Assembly: GCF_009914755.1 (NCBI RefSeq)
Contig: NC_060925.1
Strand: one strand, 5' to 3'
Source: the human T2T-CHM13v2.0 reference genome, Homo sapiens
Length of the DNA stretch: 64,000 nucleotides
A program made the position numbers and the translations under genes. The notes under the pieces are model-generated. The model searched no databases. It saw nothing but the letters and a program-made list of their open reading frames with translations, and was not told where the DNA came from. Positions within the stretch are counted from its first letter, which is position 1, and every line of letters starts with the position of its first letter. Below, one piece after another: positions 1 to 15,763 of this stretch.

Positions 1-251
<251 letters not shown>

Positions 252-406
252 CTATAATTGTTTATTAGATCCAAGAGGGTCATTTTTGTCAACTCTTTTG
301 ATTTTCTACGTAGATGATCATGTCATCTCCAAACAAAGACAATTTTACTTCTTCCTTCTCAATCCATATACCTTTATTTCCTTTCCTTTTCTTATTACAT
401 TAGCTA

Positions 407-780
<374 letters not shown>

Positions 781-1010
781 GCAATTGTGAGGGGGACATC
801 CTTATCCTTACCTTATTCCTGATCTTAGCAGGAAAACTTTGGGTTTCTCACCATTAAGCATGATGTTGGCTATAAATTTTTGTAGATGTTCTTTATCAAG
901 TTGAGGAAGTTTTCTTCTATCCTTAGTTTGCTGAGTTTTTTCACATGAGCGGGTGTTGGATTTTGTCAAATGCTTTTTCTGCATCTATTGATATGATCAT
1001 GTGATTTTCT

Positions 1011-1316
1011 TTTCTTTTTTTTTTTTTTTTTTGAGACAGAGTCTCACTCCATTACCCAGGCTGGAAGGCAGTGTCATGATCTTAGCTCACTGTAACCTCT
1101 GTCTCCTGGGTTCAAGCAATTCTCTCACCTCAGTCTCCTAAGTAGCTGGGAATACAGGTGTGTGCCACCACACCCAATTAATTTTTTTGTATTTTTAGTA
1201 GAGACGGGGTTTTACCATGTTGGCCATTCTAGTCTTGAACTCCTGACCTCAAGTGATCTGCCCACTTTGGTCTCCCAAAGTGCTGGGATTACAGGCATGA
1301 GCTGCGGCACCCGGAC
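1011..1316 (-). mobile_element. Alu (AluS-like)
   Basis: Poly-T then antisense dimer; TSD CATGTGATTTTCT. Confidence 0.95.
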
Positions 1317-2044
1317 ATGTGATTTTCTTTAAATGCTTTCCAAAAGTTGAATCCAGTTTGCACACTTGTGATACTTTCCACTTGATTTTGGTTTATGGTT
1401 CTCCTTACATATTGTTCAATTTAACTTGCTAATATTTTGTTGAGGATTTTTACATTTATGTTAATGAGAGATATTGGTCTGTAGTTTTTTTTTCTTGTAC
1501 TGTCTTTGTTTGGTTTTGGTATTAATGTAATGCTGACCTCATAGAGTGTGTTAGGAAGTATTCCCTCTTCTATTTTTTGAAAGAGATTGTTAAAAATTTT
1601 GTATAATTTTTTTCCTTAAATGTTTGGTAGAATTCACCAGTGAACTCATCTGGGCCTGGTACTTTGTGTTGAAAGTTATTAATTATTGATTCAATTTATG
1701 TAATAGTTACAGGCCAATTCAGATTGTCTATTATTTCTTCTGTGAGTTTTAGTAGATCATGTCTTTCAAGGAATTGGCCCATTTCATCTAGGTTATCAAA
1801 TTTGTGGGACAGAGTCATTCACAGTATTCCTTTATTATCCTTTGAATGTCCATGGGATCTTTAGTAATGTCCCCCCTTTCACTTCTGATATAAGTAATTT
1901 GTGTCTTCTCCCTTTTTCTATTAGCTAGAGGCTTATTGATTTTATTGATCTTTTCAAACAAACAGCCCCTGGTTTGTTGATTTTTCTCTATTAATTTTCT
2001 TTTCAATTCCATTGATTTCTGTTCTAATTTTTATTATTTCTTTT

Positions 2045-2173
2045 CTTTTTACTTTTTAAAGGTGGGACCTTGCTCTGTCACCCAGACTGGTTTCAAACTC
2101 CTGGCCTCAGGCAATCCTCCCACCTCAGGCTCCCAAGTAGCTGGGATTACAGGCATGAGCCACTGTGCCCAGG
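2045..2173 (-). mobile_element. FLAM/FAM Alu monomer
   Basis: Single antisense Alu arm. Confidence 0.8.
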
Positions 2174-3020
2174 TAATTTTTATTATTTCTTTGCTGTTTA
2201 TTTGGACACAATTTGCTCTTCTTTTTCTAGTTTACTTCTAGAAATAATCTTTTAGCTTAGATTATTGACTTTTAATCTTTTTTCTTAATATATGTATTCA
2301 GTGCTAGATATTTCCCTCTAAGCACTGCTTTACCTACATGCCACAAATGTTGATAACTTATATTTACATTTTCATTTGATTTAAATATTTTTTTAATTTC
2401 TTGATATTTCTTCCTTGAGTCATGTGTTATTTGGAAGTCTACTGTTTAATCTCCAAGTATTTTTAGATTTTTCACCTATCTTTCTGTTACTGATATGAAG
2501 TTTAATTCCACTGAAATTTGAGAGCTTACATTGTATGATTTCTATTCTTTAAATTTGTTAAGATGCATTTTATGGCCCAGAATGTGGTCTATCTTAGTGA
2601 ATGTTGTATGTTAGCTTAAGAAGAATGTGTAATTGCTGCTGTTGGATGAAGTAGTTCACAAGTGTCAGTTATATCCAGTTGACTGATGATGCTGTTGAGT
2701 CCAGCTTTGTCCTTACTGACTTCTGCTTTCTAGATCTAGCCACTTCTGATAGAGAGATGTTAAAGTTTCCACCTATAATAGTGGATTTATCTATTTTTCA
2801 ATGCAGTTATATTAGTTTTTGTCTCACATATTTTGACACTCTGTTGTTAGGTGCATCCCCATTAAGGATTATTATGTCATCTTGCAGTACTGACCCCTTT
2901 ATCATTTTGTAGTATTGCATATTATTTCTGATAATTTTCTTTGCTCTGACATCTACTCTGCCTGAAATGAGTATAGCTACTCCCATTTTCTATTAGTTGG
3001 TGTTAACAGCATATATCTTT

Positions 3021-3307
<287 letters not shown>

Positions 3308-5179
3308 TAACAATATACCACTTCATGAGTAGTGCAAGTAATAACAAAATAATCCTAATTCCTCATGTCCACCTTTGCATCATTGCTGTCATTCATTTCA
3401 CTTATATGTAAGGATGTGGCTATATATTCAAATACCAAAAACTCCAAGTACATTGTTGCTATTTTTATTTTGAACAATCTTATCTGCTAGATCAGTTAAG
3501 AATAAGAAAAATGAAGGTTTTTACTTTTATTTTCTGACATTCTTCCTTTCTTTATGTAAATCTGTTTCTGACCTGTATCATTTTTCTTCCATCTGAAGAA
3601 CTTCTTGTAACATTTCTTGTAAGGCAGGCCTATTAGCAACAAATTCCCTCAATTTTTTGTCTGAGAATATCTTTATTTTTTTCTTTATCTTTGGATTTCT
3701 GAAGTTTGACTATGATATGCCTAGAAATAGTGAGGTTTTTTGCATTTATTTTACTTGGTGTTCTCTGAGCTTCTGGTTCTTCGGCTTGTTGTGTGACGTT
3801 AATTTGGGAGAAATTCTGTATTAATGCTTCAAATATTGCTTCTGTTCCTCTCTGTCTTTTCTTACTCCTTCTGATATTCCCATTACATATATGTCACATC
3901 CTGTGTACCTGTACCATGGTTCTTAGTCTGTCTTTTTTTTTCAGTCTTTTTTTCTCTTTGCTTTTCAGTTTTAGAAGTTTCTATTGTAATATATTTAAGC
4001 TCAGTGATTCTTTCCTTGGCTGTGTCCAGTCTACTAACAAGCCCATCAAAGGCATTCTTCATTTATGTTGCAGTATTTTTTATCTCTATGATTTGTTATT
4101 CTTTCTTAGACTTTCAATCTCTCCACTTACATTATCCATCTTTTTTTTTTTTTTTTTTTTGCATTTTGTCTACTTTTTTCATCAAAGCCCTTAGCATATT
4201 AATCACAGTTTTAAAATAAATCCTAGTCGGATAATTCCAACATTCTGCCACATCTGACTGATACTTGTTTAGTCGCTTCAAACTGTGTTTTTTGCTATTT
4301 AGTATGCTTGCATTTTTTAGTTGAAGGGTAGACATGATATGCTGAGTAAAAGGAACTGTGATATATACGCCTTTAGTAAAGTAATGGTAAGGTGTGAGAG
4401 GAGGGAAAGTGTCCTACAGTCCTATGATTAGGTCTCGGTCTTTGGTGATCCTGTGCCCCTGGACTAACAACTTCACCAGTGCTCCTCAGTTTTGTTTTGT
4501 TTTTTTCCCTCCTTAAATGGGACAGGATTGCTAAAGGGGATGAGAGTTGGGTATTTTTCTTCCACCATGTGGAAGGCTAAAGAGAGCTGGGAGTGGCTAT
4601 TTCCCTTCCTCCAGATTGGTTCAGCACTGGTAAAACCCCAGCAGGTTAGACTGTGGTAAAATAGTTTCTCCTGAGGGTAGACTTTGTTAGAAGAAAAAGA
4701 ATCTTCTGGCATATTTCACAGTGGTTCCTTCTCCCCCCTCCCTACCAGAAGCCCAGGGGGATTTTTCTGAGATATTCACTGTGAGAATTTAGTAGAGCTC
4801 CAGGAGGTAAATCTCACAATATTTTCTCCCCCCACAACCCCCAACCTCTGCATTATTGGATCCCCCTGGAATTTTTATCTCTTGGGCTTATCCACAGTGA
4901 ACTTCCAGCAATTCATCAATTACAGTTTGGATTTTCCTACCCAGCCACTAGTTCCCATAGTGTTTTCTGCTCATGAGTCTCTGGCCAGTTATGATTTTGT
5001 GTATCTGCCTGTCATTCTCTCCATTCTTGAAGGCAGTGGTTTGCCCTCTAAGCTCACTTCTCTGATGGATCTAAGAAGAGTGGCTGATTTTTCAGTTTTT
5101 TAAGCTTTTGACTAGTTGTTAGGACAAGGTAGCAACTTCTAAGCTCCTTACATACCAGACTGAAAACCAGAAGTTCCCA

Positions 5180-6160
5180 TATGATCTTTTTTGAAGCTCC
5201 AATCATCCTCTCTTTAGCCACTGAGACAGAGACTCTTCAAGTCAGCTCCCAAGTCCTTTTGCCATGACTCTAGTAATCTTTAATAGCTTCCTTGCTATCC
5301 AGGCTCGTTTTGTAAATCTCCTGCCTCAGACCTAGAATCAGCCATTTCCCTCAAAAAGCCTGGTTTCTTTTAGTGAAATTGTATTTTAAGACTATATTCT
5401 GGGTGCTAGAAGTGCTCATTATTACTGGATTTCTAATTGTTTCTAGGGTTCTAGGCTGTATGATACTTTCATTCAAATTTAGGGATATAGGGCTGCTGTT
5501 GTTATTTAGTTTGTTTCTCTCTTTTTTTTAATAACATTTTTTACATTACATCTTTATTCCATACCAAGAATCTCAGTTCCTAAGGACACATGGGATGATA
5601 GAATTAGAAAACTTTGGCTGGGCATGGTGACTCACACCTGTAATCCCAGCACTTTGGGAGGCCAAGATGGGCAGATCACTTGAGGTCAGGAGTTCAAGGC
5701 TAGAATGGCCAACATGGTAAAACCCTGCCTCTGCTAAAAATACAAAAATTAGCTGGACTTGGTGGAGGCGGAGGTTTCAGTGAGCCGAGATCATGCCACT
5801 GCACCCTAGCCTGGGTGACAGAGCAAGACTCTGTCTTAAAAAAAAGAAAAAAAAATTGTAAAACTTCATAATTATTTATTTTATTCAATGTCGAATACAC
5901 AGTATCAGAATACTAATACTAATGCTAATGCTGCAATTATAATTAGGGAGAACAAGTTTTTAAAATAGTTTTTTTTTTTACAAGTGTGTTACTAAAATAG
6001 TTTTTCTTTTTCTCTTTTTTTTTTTTACAAATGTGCTCACTATTCCTGCCCAATCCCAATTTTGAAGTTCTCTCATATCTATACTGCCTGAGCAGACAGA
6101 TACAGATATTACATATTATACTCTCTTTTAATTCTCATTTGGTCTTGGTTATACAAGATA
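5180..6160 (-). mobile_element. Older L1MC/ME-type 3' region fragment
   Basis: Resembles L1M 3'UTR (AGACCTAGAATCAGCCATTTCC...CTGGGTGCTAG); interrupted by Alu. Confidence 0.6.
5616..5854 (+). mobile_element. AluS with internal deletion in right arm
   Basis: GGTGG joined directly to AGGCGGAGGT; roughly 65-75 nt of right arm missing. Confidence 0.9.
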
Positions 6161-6624
6161 AAGGTTTGAAATGAGGGGTGGTCTAGACCCATGATATCAA
6201 AAGTTGGATTCTACAGTCACCCCACCACAATCTGGGTTGGGCAGACACTCATTTTATCAGAACTGGAGATGAGGACTACTTGACCAAGAAATTTTGCTCC
6301 TCAAGGTTAGATGGTGCACCAAGGATCACATAGGCTCTTTCTGCTAATTACCATCTCTAGCATGCTTCATAGACAGTGTCTATATTATCAACATTATTAC
6401 TGCTGTTGTTTCAGTAACCAACATTCCTGACGAGTACTATGCCTTCCTTATAACAATAAAGATCAGAAGGAAGGAATCCAATGGAATTCTTCCAAGTAGA
6501 TTTCAGAATTTCAAAAGCATAAGTATGTCAAATGGAAAAAAAAGGGATATGGAGTCATCAACAAGAAAGTAGTATGTGATGACATTAGGGACAAACCAGA
6601 AAAAAACAGAATGATAAGTGCCTC

Positions 6625-6985
6625 ATAATAACATTAATATAACTAATGTTTATTTATCATTTACTATGTGACAGGCACAATACTAATTACCTTATCATAG
6701 CATTATCATATTTAATCTTCACCACAATACTATCAAGTAGGCACTATTTCCTGCTATCTATAGATGAGGAAATTAAGGCTTTGTAACTTTCAATAAGTTG
6801 CTCAGTATCACACAACCGGGGCTAGGACTCAAATCCAGTCTATCTCCAGAGTTGGAGCAAATTCATAATATCAATAATAATTACTATTTAATAAATATCA
6901 CTGATGTGTCAGGCACTTTATATACATCATATTTATTTCTCACTGCACCCCGGGGAGGTAGCTATTACAGACATTTATAGGATAT
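6625..6985 (-). mobile_element. MIR fragments
   Basis: Core ATAGATGAGGAAATTAAGGCT; TTTACTATGTGACAGGCAC. Confidence 0.75.
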
Positions 6986-7379
6986 TACTGTATTAACTAT
7001 TAATAATATCTTGATATAGAGTTACATTCAAAAGTATGAAAAGCCAATACTGAATTTCCTCAAAAGTAAATCATCATTAGCATCTGTTTCTCCTCCTGCT
7101 CCTTCTGTGAAAATGGGCAGTGGGAAAGAATGGATAGAGTGTGGATGTCAAAGCCAGACAGGCCTAGCTCTGACAGACTTGGGATCCGACTCCAACACAG
7201 TTGGGAAAATAGTAATGGAAGAGATCCCACGAGGGGCACAATTCTCTAACTCTTTTGTAACCTTCATTTAGTGTGCTGTGGATATTGCAGCTTGTTTGTT
7301 GGGGAGTAGAGTGAAACCTCAGGTCTCTAAAATGTATTGGAAAGGTTAAAAGCAAATGCATAGAAAGAGGTAGTGTTAG

Positions 7380-7802
<423 letters not shown>

Positions 7803-8032
7803 TGACAGGGAAAACTTTGATTATTTGGGGAGGAAAAACATACTTCTAATGTTATGCAACTTGTCCTCATTGCTTAAGATGTGGTTTGAAGTTCCAGTTT
7901 GCAAATTATTCAAACTTGTTGCTTTTCTTTCTACCATTGCCTTCTTTGGACCACTTTATTAACTATTTTCAGGATTATCAGTGGGTGCGCAAGGAAAGGG
8001 AAAAGAAGATGGACCCGTGTCCATAAAGAATT

Positions 8033-8353
8033 TCTTTTCTTTATTATTATTATTTCATTTTTTTTTTTTTTGAGACAGAGTCTCACTCTGTCACCCAGGC
8101 TGGAGTGCAGTGGTGCGATCTTGGCTCACCGCAACCTCCACCTCCCAGATTCAAGCGATTCTCCTGCCTCAGCCCCCTGAGTAGCTGGCATCACAGGCAT
8201 GCACCACCACACCCAGCTAATTTTTGTATTTTTTGTAGAGACAGTGTTTCACTATGTTGGCCAGGCTGTTCTCAAATGCCTGACCTCAGGTGATCCACCC
8301 GCCTCAGCCTCCCAAAGTGCTGGGATTACAGACGTGAGCCACCGCGCCTGACC
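8033..8353 (-). mobile_element. AluSx-like
   Basis: Antisense dimer; TSD CCATAAAGAA. Confidence 0.95.
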
Positions 8354-9515
8354 CCATAAAGAAATTTTGATAAAATATTTGATAAAAGAATGGCAAAGTG
8401 GATGAAAACCCCGGTTAAAATTAATTTTCTAGTTAGCTGAGTGATTCAAACACCCGTGATTAGATGAACACTTGGAGCCACAGTGGGGAATCTGTTGGTT
8501 CACTGGTATAGCTTGCTTGACTAGGGCACCAACTACACACACCCTCTTAATTTGCAATTTGCCCCTTCCCTAAAGGTTTATAATATAAAGATTAGAGCAC
8601 ATGCAACCATACCTGGGGATAACTGTAACACAGGTGGGATGAGAAGATGAGTACAGTTACCCGGGGGAGGAGACCTGAAAAGTCCCTCTTTGCTTTGTGC
8701 CGGATTCCCTCACATGTGCTATAATCAATCTCCCCAAAAACCTTACCCAAAAGTCTACACTGTGGGGAATTCCAGAAGAAAAGGAGTCTGTTCTTGTTAG
8801 AATGAAGATCCTGTACATGTCAGGAATCTTAGTTACTAAAACAATAGCAGTAACAATGTTGATAACATAGACACCCTCTATTAACTGTGCTAAAGATGGC
8901 AATTAACAGAAATAGCCTAGGTGATCTTTGGTGTGCCCATCTAACCTCGAAGAGCAAAGCTCACAGTCAAATAGTTCTCATCTCCAGTTCTGATAAAATG
9001 AGTATCTGGCCAGTCCAGATGGTGGTGGGGTGACTGAATTGGTGGTAGTAGGGTCCAACTCTTGATTTCAAGGGTCTGAAAAATCCCTCAACCCTTTATC
9101 TTAGCAAGTTCCATGATGCTTCCATGGGCAATCCCCGCTGGTGTTACGAAGAGCTTGCGGGTACTACCTAGCTCCATGCTCCATCCACAGGGTCAAGAGA
9201 GCCTCTGTTTAGTGGCTGTTACCCTGGATCAGCTCTGGCCTCATTCTCTCATCTTCTGCAATTCCCAGTGCATTCACTGTGGACCTCTACACACAGTCCC
9301 AGCCACTTCTCCTCACGCAGTTTTTGATCCCATCCTGACTGGGCAGGGAGTTCAGTATATCACAGGCTTAGTGTCCCCAACAATCTCATCTCATGGAGCT
9401 GAGAAGTAAGTTTACAATCTAAGACCTGAAGTCTGACTCCCTGTTTATGCCTGTTGGGTGCCTGTGTGGCCTGTCTCTTCATTGCTTGATTCATTTGGTT
9501 TCTGGGACAACCTAG

Positions 9516-10963
9516 TGTGTCCAGAATTGGTGGGTTCTTCGTCTCACCGACTTCAAGAATGAAGCCCACGAACCCTCACGGTGAGTGTTACAGTTCTTAA
9601 AGGCGGCGAGTCCAGAGTTTGTTCCTTCTGATGTTCAGATTGTTCAGTTTCTTCCTTCTGGTGGGTTCGTGGTCTCGCTGGCTCAGGAGTGAAGCTGCAG
9701 ACCTTCGTGGTGAGTGTTACAGCTCATAAAGGCAGTGTGGACCCAAAGAGTGCGCAGCAGCAAGATTTATTGCAAAGAGCAAAAGAACAAGGCTTCCACA
9801 ATGTGGAAGGTGACCCTAGTGGGTTGCCACTGCTAGCTGGGACAGCCTGCTTTTATTCTCTTATCTGGCCCCACCCACATCCTGCTGATTGTTCCATTTT
9901 ACAGAGAGCCAATTGGTCTGTTTTACAGAGAGCTGATTGGTCCATTTTGACAGGGTGCTGATTGGTGCATTTACAATCCCTGAGCTAGACACAAAAGTTC
10001 TCCACGTCCCCACTAGATTAGCTAGATACAGAGTGCTGACTGGTGCATTTACAAACCTTGAGCTAGATACAGAGTGCCGATTGGTGTATTCACAATCCCT
10101 TAGCTAGACATAAAGGTTCTCCAGGTCCCTACCAGATCAGCTAGACACAGAGCGCTGATTGGTGCATTTACAAACCCTGAGCTAGACACAGGGTGCTGAT
10201 TGGTGTGTTTACAGACCTTGAGCTAGACACAGAGTGCTGATTGGTGTATTTACAATCCCTTAGCTAGACATAAAGGTCTAAGTCCCCACTAGACTCAGGA
10301 GCCCAACTGGCGTCACCCAGTGGATCCCGCACAGGGGCCACAGGTGGAGCTGCCTGCCAGTCCTACGCCTTGTGCCCGCACTCCTCAGCCCTTGGGTGGT
10401 TGATGGGACTAGGAGCCACAGAGCAGGGGGCGGCGCTCATAGGGGAGGCTCGGGCCGCCAGGAGCCCATGGGGGGGTGGGGAGGGCTGGTTGGGGGGGTT
10501 GTGGGGGCGAGGCTCAGGCATGGGGAGGTGCAAGTCCCGAGCCCTGCCCTGCAGGGAGGCAGCTAAGGCCCGGTGAGAAATCGAGCGCAGCGCCGGTGGG
10601 CCGGCACTGCTGGGGGACCTGGCGCACCCTCTGCAGCTGCTGGCCTGGGTGCTAAGCCCCTCACTGCCGGGGGCTGGTGGGGCCGGCCTGCTGTTCCGAG
10701 TGTGGGGCCCGCCAGGCCCACACCCATCTGGAACTCTAGCTGGTCCGCAAGCACGGCGCGCAGCCCCGGTTCCCGCCCGTGCCTCTCTCTCCACACCTCC
10801 CCGCAAGCTGAGGGAACCGGCTCCAGCCTCAGCCAGCCCAGAAAGGGGCTCCCACAGTGCAACGGCAAGCTGAAGGGCTCCTCAAGCACGGCCAGAGTGG
10901 GCACCGAGGCCGCGCCAAGAGCGAGCGAGGGCTGGAGGGCTGCCAGCACACTGTCATCTCTCA
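9516..10963 (-). mobile_element. Solo LTR12C-type LTR (ERV9/HERV9)
   Basis: Termini read TGAGAGATGACAG...TTCTGGACACA on minus; 4-bp TSD CTAG (9512-9515, 10964-10967); GC-rich U3, tandem CCAAT repeats, U5 repeats. Confidence 0.95.
9851..10270 (-). promoter_or_regulatory. ERV9 LTR promoter/enhancer: CCAAT (NF-Y) array, GATA and AATAAA TATA-like box, pointing left
   Basis: ATTGG at 9912, 9936, 9961, 10080, 10158, 10199, 10240; TTTTATTCTCTTATCT at 9851-9866; the most proximal CCAAT is mutated (ATTGT). Activity not shown by sequence. Confidence 0.65.
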
Positions 10964-11326
10964 CTAGGACTTAATGTTCCTGAGGAACATGGGAGGGTGA
11001 TCATGTTGACCTATGAGGCATACCTCTCCTTGCTGCCTGGCTTCCACCACCCCAGTCCTAAATTCCTGCCAGTTACCCTGTCCAGAATGTCAGTGCTGAT
11101 GCTGAAAATCAAAGCTCAGCAGAGTGGCTGGAGCTGTTTTTTTCTAGTTTGGGGCCACTCCAGGCTTGTGGGGTACTCCAGGCTTTGGGTTTTGGCTGCA
11201 GTCTTAATTCCCTCTTGCTGTGCTCCCTGCCCACCTCCAACCTACCTTCCAATGCCAAGTTTTCTGAAATTGCGTTCTGCTGGTCTGGGATTCCATCCAG
11301 AGCCAGTGTGCTGCAGCAGGAGAAGG

Positions 11327-11682
11327 CCCAGAGGTAGATTCACCATGAAGCTTTCTCAGAACGTTTAAACTTCAGGGTACCTCAATCACACAGGCCCCTG
11401 TGAGTGCTGAAACTTGTATAGTGACCTAGGTGGGGAGAGAAAGCCACGTTGTGATCAAGAAGAATTTCTGCTGGTAAATTGCCCACAGTGATCTCAAATA
11501 AAAAGGATATAAATCTCCATGTAAATAATAATTATTGTCTTTTTTTACTCATTCTAAATATTCTAATATTCTATTCACTTCCATATGTAAATTTGTATTT
11601 ATAATCTTTGTTATTTTTCTTACAGAAAAACTATAAAATTTTAAAAGCATCTGGCCCCACAAAACTTGGATCTGCCCTTGGG
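11327..11682 (+). mobile_element. MER69/Arthur1-like hAT-Tip100 DNA transposon
   Basis: Ends CCCAGAGGTAGATTCACCATGAAGCT ... GGCCCCACAAAACTTGGATCTGCCCTTGGG. Confidence 0.7.
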
Positions 11683-11684
11683 AA

Positions 11685-12100
11685 GATCCATGCCCAAGCC
11701 CCCATCTCCAGAGATGATGATTTAATTGATCTAGGGCAGTGGATCTCAGCTAGGGTCAACCCACCTGAGATCCATTCAGGGGATGTATCTCCCAGTCACC
11801 CACAACCTCCCCCACTCCCACCCACCAGGGGATGAAGATTTAACAATGTCTGGAAACATTTTTAGTTATCACAACTTGGGGGTGAGGGCTTGTTATTGAC
11901 ATCTAATGGGTAAAGACCAGGAATGCTGCTAAACATCTCACAAAGCACAGGAAAGTCCCCCACAACAAAGAATTCCCTGGCTCAAAATGTCAGTGGTACC
12001 ACAGCTGAGAAGCCCTGAACTAGGATGGGGTTCTGAGCCTCAGCATTTCTCAAAATCTTTCAAATCAATTAATTTGAACATACAACCCAGGTTGCGAACA
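11685..12100. mobile_element. MER5-like hAT-Charlie element split by MER20
   Basis: CCCCATCTCCAGAGATGATGATTTAATTGATCTAGGG resumes as CTAGGATGGGG after the MER20. Confidence 0.55.
11737..12017 (+). mobile_element. MER20 hAT-Charlie DNA transposon
   Basis: CAGTGGATCTCAGC...CAATGTCTGGAAACATTTTTAGTTATCACAAC...GCTGAGAAGCCCTG; 8-bp TSD-like ATCTAGGG/AACTAGGA. Confidence 0.8.
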
Positions 12101-12114
12101 AGAGTTGTACAGAT

Positions 12115-12680
<566 letters not shown>

Positions 12681-13469
12681 TGCTTGACTGGCTTACTTCC
12701 TCCCGCTGGAGATCTCTATGGGAGAAGGGAGGTAGAATCCCTGCCTGCTCCCAGAGTGCAATTCTCTGCCCGCACCCATTACTGGGAAGCAAAAAGAAGT
12801 AGATACAGCTGAAATGAGGAAAGAAATATAGCACCATTGGACCTGTGTGCCAAAGGATAACCCGCGAGTTGGGGGTGTGGGCATTTGTTCCAGTTTTGCA
12901 GGTATGTCTTTGTCTAGTTCAATTTACTGGATGCAATTTCTTAAAATGAAAGTTTTATTCAGAAATAGCAGAGCCATGTTCAGGTAAGAGCTCTAAAAAA
13001 AAATACTTTGGCCCACTAGATTATAAATAATTGTAATTGTTGCTGCCATCACCAGCTCTAGAGCCATAATGGGCTGTATGGCAATGTACCTTTCACAGAT
13101 GGCTGTCTCTAATTGAAAGCCATGCCAAACAGCTGTCAGAAATGCTGACTACCAGACTGGGGAAAGTACTGCCAAATGGGAAGAATGCAGACAAGGACTG
13201 TGGCAAAATGGTAGAAATATGTAACCGAAGATGACTCTCTCTTTATTCACTGTTATAAAATGCTCAAGCGAAAAAGGAAAGTGCACCAGTACACTTGAAC
13301 TTCTTAGTTCAGGTCCACAAAACTGAGAATAAGAGGACAGTTTCAGCCTTCAGTGGAGGGGACGTGGTGGGGATAAGACAAAGACACAAGCATTTCTGAA
13401 ATGAAATAGACTATAGAAAGAGGTACAATAAAAGGCTATGGAAATTCCAAACTTGAACAGGAAACTTGA

Positions 13470-13636
13470 GTCCCACATGAGAACCACAGCTATGGCCAAC
13501 TCTGATTTCAGCCTGTTAAGATGTTGAGCAGAGAATTTGGCCTCAACTTCTGATCTACAGAAACTTAACAAATTTGAGTTGTTTTGAACTGCTAAATTCA
13601 TGGCAATTTTTTACATAGCAATAGAAAATGAATACA
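13470..13636 (+). mobile_element. MLT1 (MaLR) LTR 3' fragment
   Basis: Typical end CTTCTGATCTACAGAAAC...CATAGCAATAGAAAATGAATACA. Confidence 0.7.
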
Positions 13637-13639
13637 GTG

Positions 13640-14450
<811 letters not shown>

Positions 14451-14496
14451 AAGTGAAAGCAATGAGAAATTTGAAGGACAAAGAAATGGAAGTAGA

Positions 14497-14787
14497 GACT
14501 GGGCATGGTGGCTCATGCTTGTAATCTCAGCAATTTGGGAGGCCAAGGTGGGCAGATCATTTGACGTCAGGAGATTGAGACCAGCCTGGCCAACTTGGTG
14601 AAACCCCATCTCTACTAAAAATACAAAAAAATTAGCTGTGTGTGGTGGTGCATGCCTGTAATCCCAGCTACTTGGGAGGCTGGAGCAGGAGAATTATTTC
14701 AACCTATGAGGTAGAAGTTGCAGTGAGCCGAGATCACGCCACTGCACTCCAGCCTGGGTGACAGAGCAAGACTCTGTCTCAAAAAAA
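14497..14787 (+). mobile_element. AluS
   Basis: Dimer; TSD AAGAAATGG(A/G)AGTA. Confidence 0.95.
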
Positions 14788-15763
14788 GAAATGGGAGTAA
14801 GGAAGGTGAGAGAACAACATAAGCAAAGGTGGGAAAATGTCAGAATCTGTTTGGAAACCCACCTATAGTTTAATTTGGCTGGATAACCCCATCTAGGGAG
14901 GAAGACAAGTGGTAGGAATGAGGCTGGAAGACCTAGGGAGTAGAATGCATCCTTCATTTGGGAGACACATTAAAGAGCCACTGAAAGTTGTTGGGGCACA
15001 TGACTGGGGGGGGCATGCCAGCAGCAATGTATAGTTTGAAGTGTGCCAAGCAGAACCTGGAAGATGGTAGCAAAGCCCTTGCAATTGTCTGACTAGAGAA
15101 CATTAGAGCCCAGGCAAGGAAGCAAAAGATGGAGGAATAAATCCAGCCCTTAGCCCTCATGTTGCTAAGCCTGGATGCTAGATTGGCCCTGAAAGTGAGA
15201 AGGCAAGCTGAGAGAAGCTCTCAACTGGGCCTTAATACAAGTAAGAAGGTTGATTGGAAGGGTGGAGTTGAAGAGAGAGAACTCTTTGGGTACCTAAAAG
15301 CATCAGCAGCGCTTTTCCTATTATCTGGTGTTTGCAACCAACCACTGAAGCGCAATCTGCAAACTGCCGATCAGCTACAGGTCCAGCTGTCCATGTTCCT
15401 GCTGGATCCAGGCCTGGTTGGGTAGGCCCCAGAGAATACAGTTACTAATGGTGGCCTAGGAGGAGCAGCCTCCAAAACCCAGCCCAGAAGGACTCCAAGA
15501 AACGGGTTTGAGTTTGCTTTCCACTCTGGGATGGGATGTGGTTCAGCTCAATAGATGAAACACAGGAGAAGGGAAAGGGGCTCAGGGAGCAAAACTGTGC
15601 TCACCCAGTAGGGGCTTAAAGCATCTCTCTTGGGTTTGTGGTCCCAATGCAGAGGCTGATAGGAAGGACTTCTCTGAGGTGAGCCATCACTAGGCTTCGT
15701 ACTTATCCTATCACAGAGGTTAGAAGGGAGCATAACAGCCTTGGGGAAGTGCAGCATGTTGGG

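Noticed and set aside
5961-6042. Degenerate duplication TAAAATAG-Tn-ACAA(G/A)TGTG, and similar small ones at 50433-50462 and 57941-57985
   Set aside because: Real but ordinary slippage events inside old repeats
10363-10974. Several overlapping 64-147 aa GC-rich ORFs
   Set aside because: All lie in LTR12C U3; stop-poor GC-rich DNA, open on both strands, no recognisable domain
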